Positions 37,142 through 51,900 are shown, numbered from the whole stretch's first letter. The stretch: 63,900 nt of DNA, filler included, from Sphacelaria rigidula (GCA_964200075.2; 7 parts of 7 records of this genome joined end to end with filler, not necessarily neighbours in it), one strand, 5' to 3'. Notes: generated by a model from the letters alone, not told the origin. Translations and numbers: made by a program.

Positions 37142-40100
37142 CCCGCGCCCCCCATCACGTATCACAGCAGATTCCCCAACAGCAAGCACCGAGGAGCATA
37201 TTTGCTTCTTTCGGATCGTGGGATTTGTTTGACCCCGCGACAGAGGATTTCGTCTTGCTGGATCCGGCGACCCCGTGCTTCTGAAGCAAGAAGGGTGGTG
37301 TCTGGTTGTGGACAATAAACGACGAGCTCATTTCAGAGCAGAGAAGTCACCCACTATCGGGTGTAATCGTGATAAGGGGCCCATCTGTCTTCATCGCTTA
37401 TGGCGGCGTTTAGTGTTTTACCCCCCGCGTAGCTGGGGGTAGAATCTAATCACCACCCTGGTATCTTACAAACGTGGGACATTGATATGATACCACTTGT
37501 CCTGTCAGTATATTAATGCCGTACATTTTCACCCGTACAGCACCGTACACTAGCGCGAATTACGTTGAAAGCTGGTGTGCGTAGCAGCCCCTGCTGTCGT
37601 TGGTGTTTGGTGGAGTAGAAGGTCCCTTCGTAGATGAAGATCATTTATTTTTTAGGAGGCATCTCTCCTGCTTTGTACTTTTAGCCACAACCCGACCGAC
37701 TGATCGTCATTGAAAGCCAATTTTACGATGGCATGCGGTGGGTCACTCTACGGCACGTACCTGAGTGGGTCTATATGCAATGATGATATTTTAGATGTCG
37801 ATTTTCTCCGCTATCCAAGACCCCACTGCTGCATCGTTAAATAGATCCTGTTCAGCTGCTTGGAAACCTCTGTAAGATATTTTCTCCAGGCACGGTTTCT
37901 AAGTGGCAGGCACTCCGCAGATGAAAGGGAAATTAAGGTTTGGGGTCGCTTATTGCCCGGAGTGCTTTATTCGTGTAATCCGTAGTACTCGGATTTAGTT
38001 CTGAACATGGTGCGCACAAACGCCATTTCGGATTTATGCTGCCCACCTTTTCTCAGGCACCTCTTGCATTTTTTCTTTCATTCTATTTTTTTGCCAGAGT
38101 GATTTTCGGGGGAAAGGTGTCGTTGCATGGTCGCGGTGATGCTACGTGAGACGAAATGTGATGGTGTGTGCGATTGATGTGTGTGCGCTATATATGCAGG
38201 GGGAAATAAGGGGGGTAAGGAGGCCTTACATAAAACAAGAAAATAATCTGTTTCTTAAGGTGTAGAAGTGTGTCACGAGGGCTCTGTTGAAAAAAAGCTG
38301 ACCCGGTGGTATGCATGGGGTGTGTGTACCCGTGTGTGCTGTGTTTGCTTGTGTACCGTTGTGTGTGTCGTGTTCCAGTCCTGCAATATTCCGTTCGTTT
38401 GGTTGGTTGTTTTTTCATGCTCCTTGTTGTCCTCGGTCAGCGTGAAAAGGGCCTTTTGAACGTGCAGCTTCGTTATCAGAGCCACGGCCCAGGCGAGTGC
38501 CGTGCTGTAGAGCCTAGTTAATGAAGCGGCTGTTGGTGTTGTGTCGGGGAATGGGGAAGGGGGGGGGCTCGCTCATGTGCGGTTTGTCATCGGCTCGTCA
38601 GGATTGCACATCACGTCTACGAGTAACCCTTTTGGAATCGTTGTGGAAAAATGACGATTCACGATTGACGTTTTCTTGGGCAAGATATGCTTGTTTTTCT
38701 CCAAGTGTTGATAATGCAGCCCGCCAAAACGGTGCCACTCTAAAAGTTTAAGTATACTAATGTGACAGATTCGTGCACCGAACTCGAAGTGACGTTTTCC
38801 AGGCGACGAAAGCTCGCATACGGGAATTTGTTCTGTTTTTTTGCTTTTGTGGTTTCAAGAGGGTTAACGTAGACAACACGCATACACACGCAAACACATA
38901 TCCGATTGATATCTAGTGTTTTCCTGTTTTTTTTGTATCTTGTTTTTTACCTCGATTCGGGGAGTTTTGGTTGCTCTTGTTTAGAGTGTGCACGCGTAAT
39001 CGGGGTGGTGGAATGTTCCGCTGCTTGTCCTGAATGGTGATATATTGGATGATATTTCTCACGGAAATACATGTAGATACTGCCGTGCGCATTGTTGGGA
39101 GTAGTTGAGACGTACAATATGTGTTTGCAAGAAGTGCTGTGTTCGTCGTGCGTAAAACGTAGGCGGGTGCCGCTGCTTCGATAAAGTGCTGTTTCTGTTG
39201 TCCGCGGACGCAAGGGGGGTTGGGTTAAACCGATGTGTCCCAGCCGTGATCGGAATGTTCCGGTTTGTATGCGGGTTCGCGTCAGTGGTAAAGGATGTGC
39301 GTGTTTTACCGAGAGGCGGGGTTGGGTCTAGTCGTGAAAAGACTACGGCGGTAGTAACGGACGCACCGGTAGATGGAGTAGAATGTACCTTACCACACCA
39401 TGCGTGTAGAAGCGAGTGGATGAAACACGATAAAGTGATACCGCCTGCTTTTTTCAGATGAATTGATGCAGCCGGCCACGCGCCTGCTTAATGACGCAAC
39501 ACCTAGCTATAATAGCCAACTCAAAAACTGCGACGCCTTAACATGTAAGGCCGTGTCTTAACGAGACCGAGAAAGAGAAGCGGGAAGAGGAACAAGCCTC
39601 CGAAAGCAGCACGCATGCTGATTGATCGCCGGACGGGTCTATGGTTGCGGCGACCAATCAGCGTGCCAGTAGTGGACGCTTGTTCCTCTTCGTGCTTGGG
39701 TTTTGGGGATCTCGATATGACACGGCCTAACTGTCCGCGGTGATCGCTATCATAACGCGTTTCTGCAACACTTCCAAGGGTCGGACGAAATAATGATTCG
39801 TCTGGAAAATACTTGATTCTGGTATAATTGATTCGTACCGTACGAATCAATCCTTAGGCTTTGTTTTCAGCGTTGTATTCCCCAGGTTCGCGCAGCCCAG
39901 GCACGTGAAATGGCGCAAAAGTTGCGTGGAGACCTGCTTGACCAGCGGTCGACTTTCTTCTCTCTTACGAGCAATCAGGCCTGAGAAATCGTGGACTTGG
40001 TGATTAGGACCGGCGATGATTCGTCCGAACCGTGAGCACTTCGGTAACCTGTGCTATTCGGTCGTTGAGGATCGGTGCAGGGTTTGCTTCAAGATGCGGT

Positions 40101-40804
40101 CGTCGTGTGTACGGTAGCTGGAAGAAGGCCAGCGCGTGCATGATGCCGAACCCACGTCTACCAGTGTTTTCCTCCACCATGGAGAAGAATGATATGCGGA
40201 CGCCGTTGAGCGTTCACGGTCCGTCGATCGTCGCAAAAAAAACCCGCCAGTAACACGATATGTAGTGTGAGGGGTGTGCTGTGATGATGTGGACGGTGAA
40301 ATCCACTTGATTCATGAGCACGAAATAAACAAATAAAATCTTGAAGCAAGACGATGGACCAGACACTCTCATGAGCATCATGTACGACCAGTAACGTATG
40401 TGTGCGCAAGTCATCGAGGCGTGCCTGTGCCCTGATACTTTCAGATCGCGCTCGTGGAACTACATACACACAACAGGGGATTGTGAAAAAGGGAAGCGAA
40501 CGTTTTGTATGGGACTGAATGGGTGGAGAGAAAAATAAACTGTTCGGAATGGGGAGAAGTAATGATATTTTTTACCGGAGTCTTTGAACGCATCATCTAT
40601 CTTGTGACTGATGCCGCCACGATAGTCCCCAGCTGCTCCATGTGCTCGGCTTTGGCCATTTTGATTGACGTTTAGACTTTGACTCCTCGAACCAGCCACT
40701 TTTCTGGGGAGGGGGGGACTGTCGTGGCATCAGTCCGATACGATTTACTCCGGGTATACTATTACAGCATCATTTAGTACGTCACAAGGGTTGGGGTTTT
40801 CGTT

Positions 40805-41125
40805 CCCTCGAAGAGCAATGCTACGGTAGGGGTGCACTTTTTTCGCGAAATTTTGTCTGGTTCAGGGGATCCTAACGATTCTAGACGCACAATGATATGA
40901 GTCAGGGCACCCCCGTTTGCAGATTCATTCAGGATATCCCCAGCGCATTGGAATAGTAATCGTGGCGTTCTCTCGCATATTTCCATAAGTCGTGTTTGGA
41001 TGAGATAAAGAGCTCCTAACAATTCTAACCTCAGAAAATATTTGTGAACCCCTACCGTAGCATCTCTCTGCTAGCCCTTGCTAATCTGCCCCTACGGTAG
41101 CATCACTCCGAAGTTCCCTCGAAGG
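40805..41125. mobile_element. MITE with GCTACGGTAGGGG subterminal motifs
   Basis: Left ATGCTACGGTAGGGGTGCAC vs inverted copies at 41045-41065 and 41088-41103; related pieces at 54859-54925 and 59670-59705. Confidence 0.75.
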
Positions 41126-41296
41126 TACAGTACAGTACAGTCGTACCTTTGACTGTCGAGGGGTACCATCTCATTTCTTCCCCTTCATGGCCCTACAAAA
41201 AGTGCGTTCCCATTTTTCAGAATCTCCTGTTACACGTTGGGGGAGATAAGGGGAAAGTACTCGATAGCTTCAGAGAGAAGGTGGATGCGCCGTTAA

Positions 41297-41455
41297 GGGA
41301 GGGGGGTGCTCACAACCTCACATGCCATTTAGTCATATGACCATTGACTTCGCATCCCTACAACGACGGAGCACGCCGGGTTTTCGCCGGAACAGGCTCG
41401 CGATCAATCACCAAGCGCGAAGCGCCGTCACGTGTTCAGCGATTTGCATGAAGGG
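41297..41455 (+). mobile_element. G-run terminus family element end
   Basis: Homologous to 1425-1583 (-), 32186-32290 and 46233-46310; preceded by TTAA in this copy only. Confidence 0.65.
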
Positions 41456-41754
41456 GGCATTTGTCGCCATTCATGTCGGCGAGAGAAATCGTGCCCAACG
41501 ATGAGTCAGTCCACAATGTGCCTGTACATCGAACATGCATTCGGCGGCGCAACTACTATACTGATGCTACATCATCCAGCAAGCCCATCGACAATCCACG
41601 TAACAAGAATGAATGTGGCCCGGCCAATTGAGCATTTAATGTTCCCAGCACATTTCCCCGCTTGCAAGAATGTAGTGGCTGCCACGGGTTCGCTGTTAAT
41701 GAGAAACATCCAGAACACCCCTTCCCAATCAATGAGAGGGGGGGGGGAGCAGCC

Positions 41755-42815
41755 ACGCACGCGCGGGCCAATCGACCCTCATCCAGCGTAATGGTTTGGA
41801 AGACTAAGAGTGTTTCGTAATACTCTGCTTTGGTCGCTGTGTTGCTTACTCGACAGTATTTGCAGTCCTCTACAATCCTCTGGAGGGGTTGATTTCCTCC
41901 AGAGGTCTTGACTTCTTCCACAGGAATATATGCCCTCTAGAGGTTTTACATACTGTTTACTCTTGAGCAATGTTGATCGTGTGGAGTTTTTTTTCTTCCC
42001 TGGAATACTCTCGAGGTGTAACCCTTGTGGGAAGTAACTCCAGAAGAACATTTGCCCTCCAGAGCGTTCACAGGCGGCCATTCGGCTACCCCCATGAGAA
42101 TCCTCTATCGCGATTTTCATCCTCTCGAGAATAAAATATAGTCTGGAAACCTCCGGGCGGGACTCCTCCGAGCCTGTGCTTTCTAATCGGCCATGTCTGG
42201 ACTCCTCCGGGCGGGACCCTCTAGAAGGTATTTCATCCCCGGGTGCGGTCATGAACGAATCCTCTGGGAGGCATGTGATGCTCCAGTGACTTTGAGGTCT
42301 GAATCCCTCGAGAGTGACAAAAGAAGATGGTGCTCCGGAGGGCCGCGCATCCTCCAAATTCCTCCGGAGTGATGCGCGGCCCTCCGGAGGCAAAACAAGC
42401 CTATGGAGAACATTGGTTTCGTAATATTGAGAGTAAAAGATACAATTGAGAGTGAAAAGCGGTCAATTAGTGAATGAATCGCTCCAGTTCCGAAAAACGA
42501 GGCCCGATGTGCTTTCTGCAGTAGCTTGCCACTGAGGCCCTTGATATCCGAGTAGGATATCGACGTGTAGCTGTGAGCACACGCCAGTGATGGAGGCAAA
42601 GGAAAGCACACACGAAACTGGCTAAGTTAGAGCGAATGATCAAAGCCACTCTCAATCAGCGCTATCCTCTTAATCTCACGAAAACGTTGTTGGAGGCGTT
42701 TGACCCCGCCCCTCTGGAGGGTCGCGCACCCTCTCGAGGCGTTTAATTCCTCTGCAGGCTCGAAAAGTTGGCCGGAACAGAGTATTTTTGGGGGTAACCG
42801 AATAGCCGCGTGTGT
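41755..42815. mobile_element. Non-autonomous DNA element rich in CCTC(T/C)GGAG / CTCGAG / CTAGAG motifs
   Basis: Many dispersed copies of the motif; degenerate CACGCG(C)GGG / CGCGTGTGT ends; right end shared with 20332-20467. Confidence 0.65.
42409..42690 (-). mobile_element. 5'-truncated SINE family 2 insertion with TGGAG TSD
   Basis: TGGAG at 42404-42408 and 42691-42695; empty site visible at ~20335-20355; right end matches 48240-48295. Confidence 0.75.
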
Positions 42816-45800
42816 CCACATGCCGTATGCTCTATAAGAATCTCGACACTCGAGTATATATATATACCCTCTAGAGTATATAGTATCATCTGGAATAATT
42901 CTGAGGGATGAACGACTGGCCACGTGTGATGACGAAGACTGCGCATGTATCCTACTGTGATGTGCAGCCGTTTCCCGAAAGCACGCACTAGTAGCATACT
43001 ACACGACAAAACACCCAGCGACACAAGACAAACACCCGTTACGTGTTTTTTCCTCTCACAAATCACAAAAAACTTTCTATTATCATCGTGTGCGAAACAC
43101 CTGTCGAAGACCTCCTCCTCCCTCCTCTCCTCTCCTCTCCCCGCTCCCCTCGTCACCCCTCCCCCCCCCCACACATACCCGTTTATAATGTAATACCCCT
43201 ACTTTTTCAGTCACTCTCTTTTCCATGGCGGTAAATAATCACCATACTGTACCACTATTTCCCCCCCTATCTTTTTTTCGTCATCATTTATAAGGCGTGC
43301 TTGTTCCTGGGGGGATTTACTCGTCCCGTCTTTGGGTCATACTGTAGCAGACAGGACCAAATATACCGACGTATAGCCAACGTTCAACCCCCTCAGTATG
43401 CTCCGTCACGCGCGAACGAATTTACGTAGATCCCTCCTCCTCCCCCCCGATAGAAAAAAGAAATCACGCCGTCGCTGGAACCTCGTACGAAGCCCTGCTG
43501 CTTTTCTCAGGTTTCCCCCGTTTCCCCCATCTCAAGCCACGGCCCAACAGCACAGCATAGTACTTGGGACGCTACTGCAAGTGCCACTGCGGGCAATCAA
43601 CCGTCCCTGTGCATTCTTCTCTTCGGTGTTTCTATCAAGTACTACCAGAGCATGTAGCAATATGCCCCCTTTCCCCCTCCCCCAATCGAGAGTCCTTCCA
43701 ACTTCCCTTCCTCCCGCAGTCCCTGTTTTCTCCCACACTTTATTTCCCTTCTCTCTCNNNNNNNNNNCCTCCCCCCCTCCTGTGTCCCTTTCACCCCCCC
43801 CCCCCCCCCCTCCCCTTTTTTCTCCCCCCCTTTTTTCCCCCCCCCCCCCCCCTCCCACGTCATCCCATCCCCTGCATCCTCCGTGCCCCAAGGTCATTGG
43901 TAGAGTAGGCAAAAATGAAGCAATGAGATATGCAGGGAAGCGAATCTACACAATTCAACCAGGCGCCCCGATGGGACCAAGCCAACATCACTTCTACTCC
44001 TTACTTTCGAAATAACCCATGCTCCACTAAACCTCTCACAACGTACTTTCTTTTTCTCCGCACGTTACTTACTATACAGTACAGTAGTCTCTCCGACGAC
44101 ACACAAAGTCCGGGCACTCCCCCATCATCGAATGAAATCGAAACCATCATCATGTGACGTTGCCCCGCCCAAATCCTCTCCCCCTCTCCCCATTCTGCGT
44201 ACTTACGGCTTACGCAACTTCCAATATTCACATATTTTGCAATAAAAAAATAAAAATGGGAAAGAAAAAGTCGCCGCATCCATCACAAAAACCCAACAGC
44301 CGGCCTGCCGCGCTCGGCGCACAACGATTTCATTTATACACCATCCATGGAGCTTTTTAGATTATTTTTGTAATAATAATAATTTCCTTGCTAGACCTTC
44401 ACGAGCTCCTCTTATGAGGCGTAATCTGCCCTCACTTGTCCAGGTAGCACGCTAGCTGCTCCCGCCGCTCCCCCCAACACACAAACACGACCCCGGCGCA
44501 AGAATTTTCTTCGAGGAGCGCCCGGAAAACCGCTTTTCATCCCGACTTTCCCAAAAAAGCCCCAACAAAGGGCAAGCGCAAAACTTGCGAACTCGCTTCC
44601 TGTTTTTCTTCACTCTCGCCATTAACGATTGATTTGATTTTCCACCAACCATTACTCGACGCAAACATAACAATACATCACTTTTTTTCTTGTCTCTTTC
44701 TCCTTGTCTCGGGGACAGGAACCAACGCTTCCCAACAAGGAAGGTCAAATGTACATTTACAGATTCATCGCACCACCTGACGTGAAAAAAATCAGCACGC
44801 TCTCTCCATATTTCATATTTTCCAGTAATTTGTCGCTCCTCCATGTACAAATCCCCCTCCCCCCCTCCTCTCCCCTCCCTCCACCCCTAGCTAGCGATCA
44901 ACCATTTTTTGCGGCGCCCGAAGACTGAAAAAAATACGGGAAGAAAATTACACGCAAGAGTGGTACTGCCACGAGAGCATACACGCCCCCCCCATCACCA
45001 ATATTCCCCCACCACCGACCAACACCTCTTATTTTCTTTTTTTCGACCTTCATAACGCGATTTTGAAGAAAAGTGCAGTCGCAACATGCTTTTTTCACCC
45101 CATCAAATCTGCATCCGTGCACAGTATTAGTCAAGCAGTATGCACTGCTGCTCGTTCTGCTCGATCTTGTTTGCTGAGAGAAAATGAAAGACGACGCAGA
45201 AAAGACACACACAATATATATATATATGTATAACGAGTCCTAACCCTAAGTTATCCACATCGGCGACCTTCAATGATCTACGGGACACGTGTCAGCAAGT
45301 GCCACCGAAAACCTAGGAAAAAAAGGTGCGACAATCCTTCATCCTTTCCATGTCCTGAGTAAGATAGATTCCTATTCCCCCCCCCCCCCCCCCGTCCTTC
45401 CCTTTACTCCATTGTTTTCTGGCTATTTCACGTCGAAAAACCAATACAATCAACACAAGCAACACAAGCAGCGAGTCACACATCCTGTACGAAAACAAAC
45501 AATCGGGGAGGAAGCGGGTTTTTTTTGCACCGCACCAATCGTTTCAACAAATTGAGCCCAGCACCGAAAGAAGGCTTTTATTTTGTTCACTTTTTCGTCC
45601 ACTCCTTCATATTTCNNNNNNNNNNNNNNNNNNNNNNNNNNNNNNNNNNNNNNNNNNNNTTAATTAATTAANNNNNNNNNNNNNNNNNNNNNNNNNNNNN
45701 NNNNNNNNNNNNNNNAATACCGACTGTACCATCATGTACTACCACAAGGCATTATCATGTACTGTACTGATGTAAGTGTCCTACACTGTATTACCCTAGG

Positions 45801-48239
45801 GTATCAAGGTACGACACTGCACTCGAAGGATTGTTTGATTGTTTACCGCCTGCCTGCTCTTCGGCTTCATGCACGAGAACGCAGTACGACACTCATGCAA
45901 AAAATGACTGTCTGTGTACAGAACCGTTTCACAAATCTGCGGCACTGTTGTCTGTGCCAAAAATGGTCACCCCGATTTTGAGTACACGAATTTGGCACTA
46001 CATTGCACATCACAATTCCACGACAAGAACAAGACCAGACAAATACCGCAATGATCTGCAATGCTTCCTCAATCGAGCTTGGCGCATATATGTGCAACGC
46101 CGATTGCGTCCAGTGTTGTGGTGGCAGATAGGACCAAAGGTCATGGGCGCTACTTCACCCAAGTCGCCCTGGCTGTGGCTGTATATTGAGTGTTTCTCAC
46201 TGTGGAAAAAACAATTCCTACGACCGCCGGAGGTGGGGGGGTGTACTCGTGATCATGCATGCCATAGTCATAAGATCATTGACCTCGCATCCCTACAAAG
46301 ATCTGCGCGTAAAAATCCGTGCCTGCCGACCCCCGCCAGTTTGGACAGACAAGTCAACACAATCAAACGTGAACCTGAGGGTTGCATCAACCTCTCAAAC
46401 CAAAACACACTGCTCCATTCGTTGATGCTCATCAGCTGAGCACGCTGTGCGTGACCTCGTTCAAATCGGTTCAGAATTCAGTGAGAAATGATGATTTGCG
46501 TGAGACGCGCGCACAGCACACGCTCGGAAACAGTCGACAACAGCACGTTTTGGGTTGCTCGTTGACACGCGAGCAGCCGCCTTTCATCTAATACTGGACG
46601 GATTTCCGTCAAACAAAGGCTGTCGTGTGTAGATGATCAAGAGCTAGCGCTTGGGCCAATGCGTGTGAGTGGTGAATATCTATCCGTTTATTTCCGTGGC
46701 TAGGTTTGTCGGCGCTGTGTTACCTTTCTGTAGGACAGACATTTTGGACTAACGGCCACGTCCAGAACCGCCGCATTTTTTACCTGTGCGCAAATCTAGG
46801 CTTCGATCTGAACAAAACTGGCTATCGATAGGACACAACACTGGTCGCTGTGGGGGCAATCACTTCTCCAAAAGTGATTCTTTTAAAAGTGATAAATCAC
46901 CTCTGATAGCACGCCGCCCCAACGCGTCCGTATGCCCCCACGTTCGCGCACAGGACTGTACACTGGCATTCGCCATCAAATCAAGAGGCCGTCAAGATGC
47001 ACTGCAACAACAGAGCAGTAGGGGTGCCTCATACCTGTCGAGTGCATGATGCCCACAAGCGGTCCGCGCACGCAATTGCTGAGGCCGTGCCTTCCCCGTG
47101 TGGGATCCATTACATCTCGCGCTTGCGCCACCTGCGGTAAAACAATACGAGAGATCGTCGTCGTTGTTGTCTTCACGTTACAAACCGTTCCGATGTCTGC
47201 GCGGTACATTCGTACTGGGCATGTGATGCGGACGCCTTCCGTGGTCAAAGGCTAGCAAAAAACCCATAAAAAACAAAATAGACCCAGATTCAAAAAGTCA
47301 CGAAACGCGATAATACAATAAAAACATATGGCCATCACGAAAGGTTACCATCAATCAGCAGGGTGAGTCTACAACGTCGCTGTTCAAAGTTCGTCTCTGT
47401 CAGCAACATTCATTTGTCCAAAACTCACTCACCGAATGTTGAAGAATAGACTCCGCAGAGGGATAATGCGTGCTTGGGCGGGGAATGCTACTGTGTAGGG
47501 AGCCAGAGCTACGTTCGGCTCGTTGAAAAATGACACGCGACAACGGTCGGGAAATCTTTGCGTCCCCATTGCGAGCGACGCAGAGATGAATCCTCCATTG
47601 GCTTCGTGCGAGAGAATTTGTTATGATCCGCTGCCATCGAGGGTGAGATGATGGAACAGAAAATCCAGGGTCCCACCACGTTTCGCGACTTTTCTCGGCA
47701 CGAAAAGGCGGGATATCAGCAGTCATATCACACGCGATTACTTGCGCTTTCAAAAACAACGACGGGAACTGCGGCGAAATTTTTGAACAGAAACGTGATT
47801 TCAAGATATCCACGAGCCCCAAGTCCACACGAATGGTGGCATCAACCGCAATTGCGAATGAATTCGGGCACAACCTGGCTAAATCGTATCTTATACTCGA
47901 GCCGCACGACTCACTACTCTGGAGACCCGTTGAACGGTGCATTCTTCCACAAATGGGCGCCTGTGGGCCAGCGCGCAACATTGTCCAACATCATTCTGCC
48001 ATTCCATTCAGGCAACGGGTGGCGGGAATGTTCCAACATGCTACACACGTAAACTTTTCGTTTCATCATCGGAACCGGCGCAGCGAGACATGTTATGAAA
48101 AAAACCTCACTCTCGATCGTACTTTCAACGCTCGATTTTACGGAAACACTGTTACATTTACCGGCAGGATTTTGCACCAATGTGCGAGGTAAGCATTTTG
48201 TCCATTAGTGATGCAGACACTCCCCGCCGCTGATAGCCA

Positions 48240-48432
48240 TCAAAAGCGTACTCTCAATCGTATCATCTACTCTCAATCTCACGAAAACATTGTTTAATGC
48301 TGTTTGCCCACGTACTGACGTTTTCCACGGTGGAAATCGTACATGACGAAGAAAAAACTAAACCAATCGGGAATCGAACCCCCGTTCTCTCCGCCCCAAT
48401 GGCAACAGTCTGATCAATACACCACCAGGGCG
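48240..48432 (-). mobile_element. tRNA-derived SINE family 2, 5' head
   Basis: Minus strand: CGCCCTGGTGGTGTATTGATC (A-box-like) and GGTTCGATTCC (B box); downstream part homologous to 42640-42690. Confidence 0.7.
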
Positions 48433-48959
48433 CTAGGAGCAGATGTTTCCGTGATGTGTCGGGAGCAGTTTAGAACCAAGGCAATATAGAACTGAGGACA
48501 CACCCAATGCCCCCCAATCCTGGCCCCCGAAAAGTAGTGGGAAAAACAAGTTAGTTTGACGACGTTGCTGTAAGACTACACAACGCCGAAAGAACCGGAG
48601 TCCAAAACGAGAAGAAACGACACCGCTAAAAAGTCCCAGAGAGCGACGGAAGCTGACGTGGATGATGTCGGATCTGACGAAGTTCGTCACGTCCCGAGTG
48701 TAGACATCTGGTTTTGGAACGCAGCACGGTATCAAGAAGGTAGACAAGGAGAAGGTAAAGGAACGAAGAGACGTGAACAAGCGTGCAGGCTGAAGATTGC
48801 ACTGAGGCATGTTGAAATGAATCAATAAATATAATTCTGGTACCGACGAAAGCAATCATTGAAGGTGTGAGAGGGCAGGATGAAATAAGACTACACATAG
48901 TTGAGAGGGAGTTGAACAGGGACAAGGAATGGCCACTTGTGGTTATTACCGTCAGCGGC

Positions 48960-51900
48960 GGTTTAGCTTCCAGCTCCGCTCCTGGTGGCCGTGGGTCGGC
49001 TACCTTGTTGGGACGTACTGTTTTTCTTCTTTTCGAGGGAAGGGGAGATCTTAGTTGGTGGCGTGACGGCTTGGTTTCCGCAAGGGGACAGGGAGTTATC
49101 ACTGACCCGCGGTGCTTTGCGCGGTGTCGAATCGTCGTTTCTTGACGCATATGACGCTTTCTCCTTCAACAAGTGCCGTTGGAAATCAGACAGGAGCGTG
49201 GAACGCGTGTCATAGAAACAGAGGTCACACCTTATGAAAGCTGGTTCGCCATCCCCCGCCAAGAGATCATAGAGTGGGTTTTGGGACAGGGTTGCTGTAC
49301 ACTCGTAACACGGATGAGTGCACTCCTCAGCCGCTTTGACGAGGGTTTTTACGTACGCGCGGCCGTCCGCGTGGGCGTGTACCCTGTCGTTACCGCCGGT
49401 AGGATCGGACATGCGGTGGTACAGGGTGCTGACCCCAATCTCGCCGCCACACGCTTAGCAGAGGAAGGGCAGCTGTTTTCTGGAGCCCTTCGGGACTGGG
49501 TTTGTATCCTGCGAGATAGAGATGTGGGCGTTGCCGGTGGAGCACCGGTCAATGCCGAACGAGTTGGGAGGAGGACGAAGCGACGGTTGCGGAAAGTTCA
49601 GCGAGAAATTCGTACGGAAGGAAAGATAGTTGTACTGTGAGCGAATGCGCGACGAACGGGTGTTGATAGCAACGATGTCAAGTAGGTCGAAAAGGGAGGA
49701 AGTGGGATAAGAAGTTGCCTTCGATTATCAGGATACTTCTCGATGAACCTGCTCTGAGGAAACCACGGCCTCCACGTACGTGCGGCATTCTGTACAAGCA
49801 AGTCTAGCATGTAGGAGTGTATTGCCACAAAGAAGGTGGGAGGTCCCCTCCTAGCGTCCCGTTCCTAATGTGTGTCGAATCGTGGGCTTGCAATGGTTGG
49901 CGCCAACTCCGGTGGGAAAGTACACCGAAAGCATCGAAGGAATGGGCTGGGGAGTGAGCCAGTTAAAATTCTATATCTTCATTACTATCATTGGAGTTCA
50001 ACTGGAAATGCGTACGAGAGCGCTAGTTGTCCAGCTCATGTGGAAGTGTTTCCCCGCTTGTCTATACCGAGTAATATTTAGAGTAGCTCAATGATGGGGA
50101 GTTTATAGGAAAGAAACACTGTGTACGATTGGACTGTAAGGTTGAAGTCAGCAGTCTACAGCAGTTCAGGTCCCACAAACGTCGGTGGTACCCGGTTGTT
50201 CTGCAGTTTTTGTTATCGCCGACACCGGGTCGGTCGAAGGCTGGTCAGTCGAATGAGATAAACGAAGAAATGAAGAGGTGGGTCTCAGTTATGGTGGGAC
50301 GCTTGGTGCTGAAGTGCCGAACTCCATACCCCAATTCACAATTGCATGAAGATCGATGTCAACATGAAGCAAGAGATACTCACAATACGTCGAAGTAATG
50401 TAGCAGGTATGTACCTCATCCGAAGAAAACAAAACCCGGTCAAAGGCGATCACAAGACACACAAGCGTTCTATCGAATAAGCTGCGGTGAGAACCTGTCT
50501 ACTTCAATTGCTCCAGGTACTGCCAGGGTGTGGCATGTTTGTTCAGATCCTCAGGTTCCCAATATGAGGGTCTGCTGCTGGATGGTGTAGAGAAATGATG
50601 TTCGAATCGCTACTACATACCAAAGACATATTCGAGCAGTACGAGGCTCGTATAAGCTTGCAGTGAGTGGTTACATTATTCACAACCAATTACGGTTACC
50701 GCAGGAAAAAAAGGTCAAACACGGGGAAATGATTTGACTTGGGCGACGCTCCTGAGCGGGAGCCCCTACCAGCCGGGAGGGGCGATCAGCTGGAAAAAGG
50801 GGATGGAGTGGCAACTGGCGCGGCAGGTGTTGACGGAACTGAACAGAGCTGATTGTTCACAGCCTCGATAATAAAGTTAAGTTTTTGTAGCGTCAAGGTG
50901 CATTGGGTAGGGTACGAGAGTTTTCGTGGATCATACAGAAGTAGGGAGTACCTTCGTGGAGGCCACAGAACTTGTCGGGTAGGGATAGAAGGCTTACAGA
51001 GAGTCCACTGGTGGTCTTGTGATGAAAAATGGTTGCACAAAAAATAGAGCACGCACCCGGGTATTTGTACAAGGGTGTAGGGTTAAACCGTGTGTACAGA
51101 AAGAATAGAACTATCCTGGAAGGGTATGGTGGATTACAACAGTCACGCAACTGTCGTGGACCGGTAGGACAGTCTTCGACAAGTCACAGAACTGTCGAGG
51201 GATTAGGAAAGCGTTACTGAAGTCGAAGATCTGTCGAGTAGGAGTGTGCAAGTAACACTGAAGTCATGGAGCTATCAAGTTGGGAACGAAAGCCCTGCAG
51301 CTTTCACTAGAAACATCGGGTAGGCCAACCACAGTCCAAGAGAAGCTACATAACTGTCGGTTACGGGGATGAAAGTTTCCCAGAAGTCACCGAACTAACG
51401 TATAGGGATAATATCTGTAAAGATACCCCGTGTATGCAACAAACCGGCCCCCATACGAGATAGGGTTGGACACCATAGACCAATGCCCTGCAAATTGATA
51501 CCGATGACGGCGCAGATGAAGGCCCCCCAGTCGGTCCGATACCTGTTGATTATCATGTTTCGCTTTCCCTTTCAACTCGTACCCTGTAACCCGTCTGTTC
51601 CCCGAACAGGAAGAAATATCTTGAAGGGTGTACGGAGTTGAATACCAAGGGGTGTTAGATGGATGGAGGTTGGGGAACAAGTGCGAGTTTTCAGAACAAA
51701 GGTTGGGATTGAGTGACGATCTTCACCCCTCCCGGGTAATACCCGCACTCTGCCTGCATCGTATATACGCACAAGGTTGTATATGTTGAATCCGGGCTCG
51801 GATTACGGGAGGCTTACAGACCTTGCAGAGTGGTCGACCAGGGGTATGAGGCAGTTTCAGATAATAACAAACTGGCGAGTAAAGTCAAGAAAGGTCTCAC

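Noticed and set aside
36573-37150. Poly-Pro/poly-Gly ORFs (also 43700-43860)
   Set aside because: Homopolymer C/T runs next to short N gaps; low-quality sequence.
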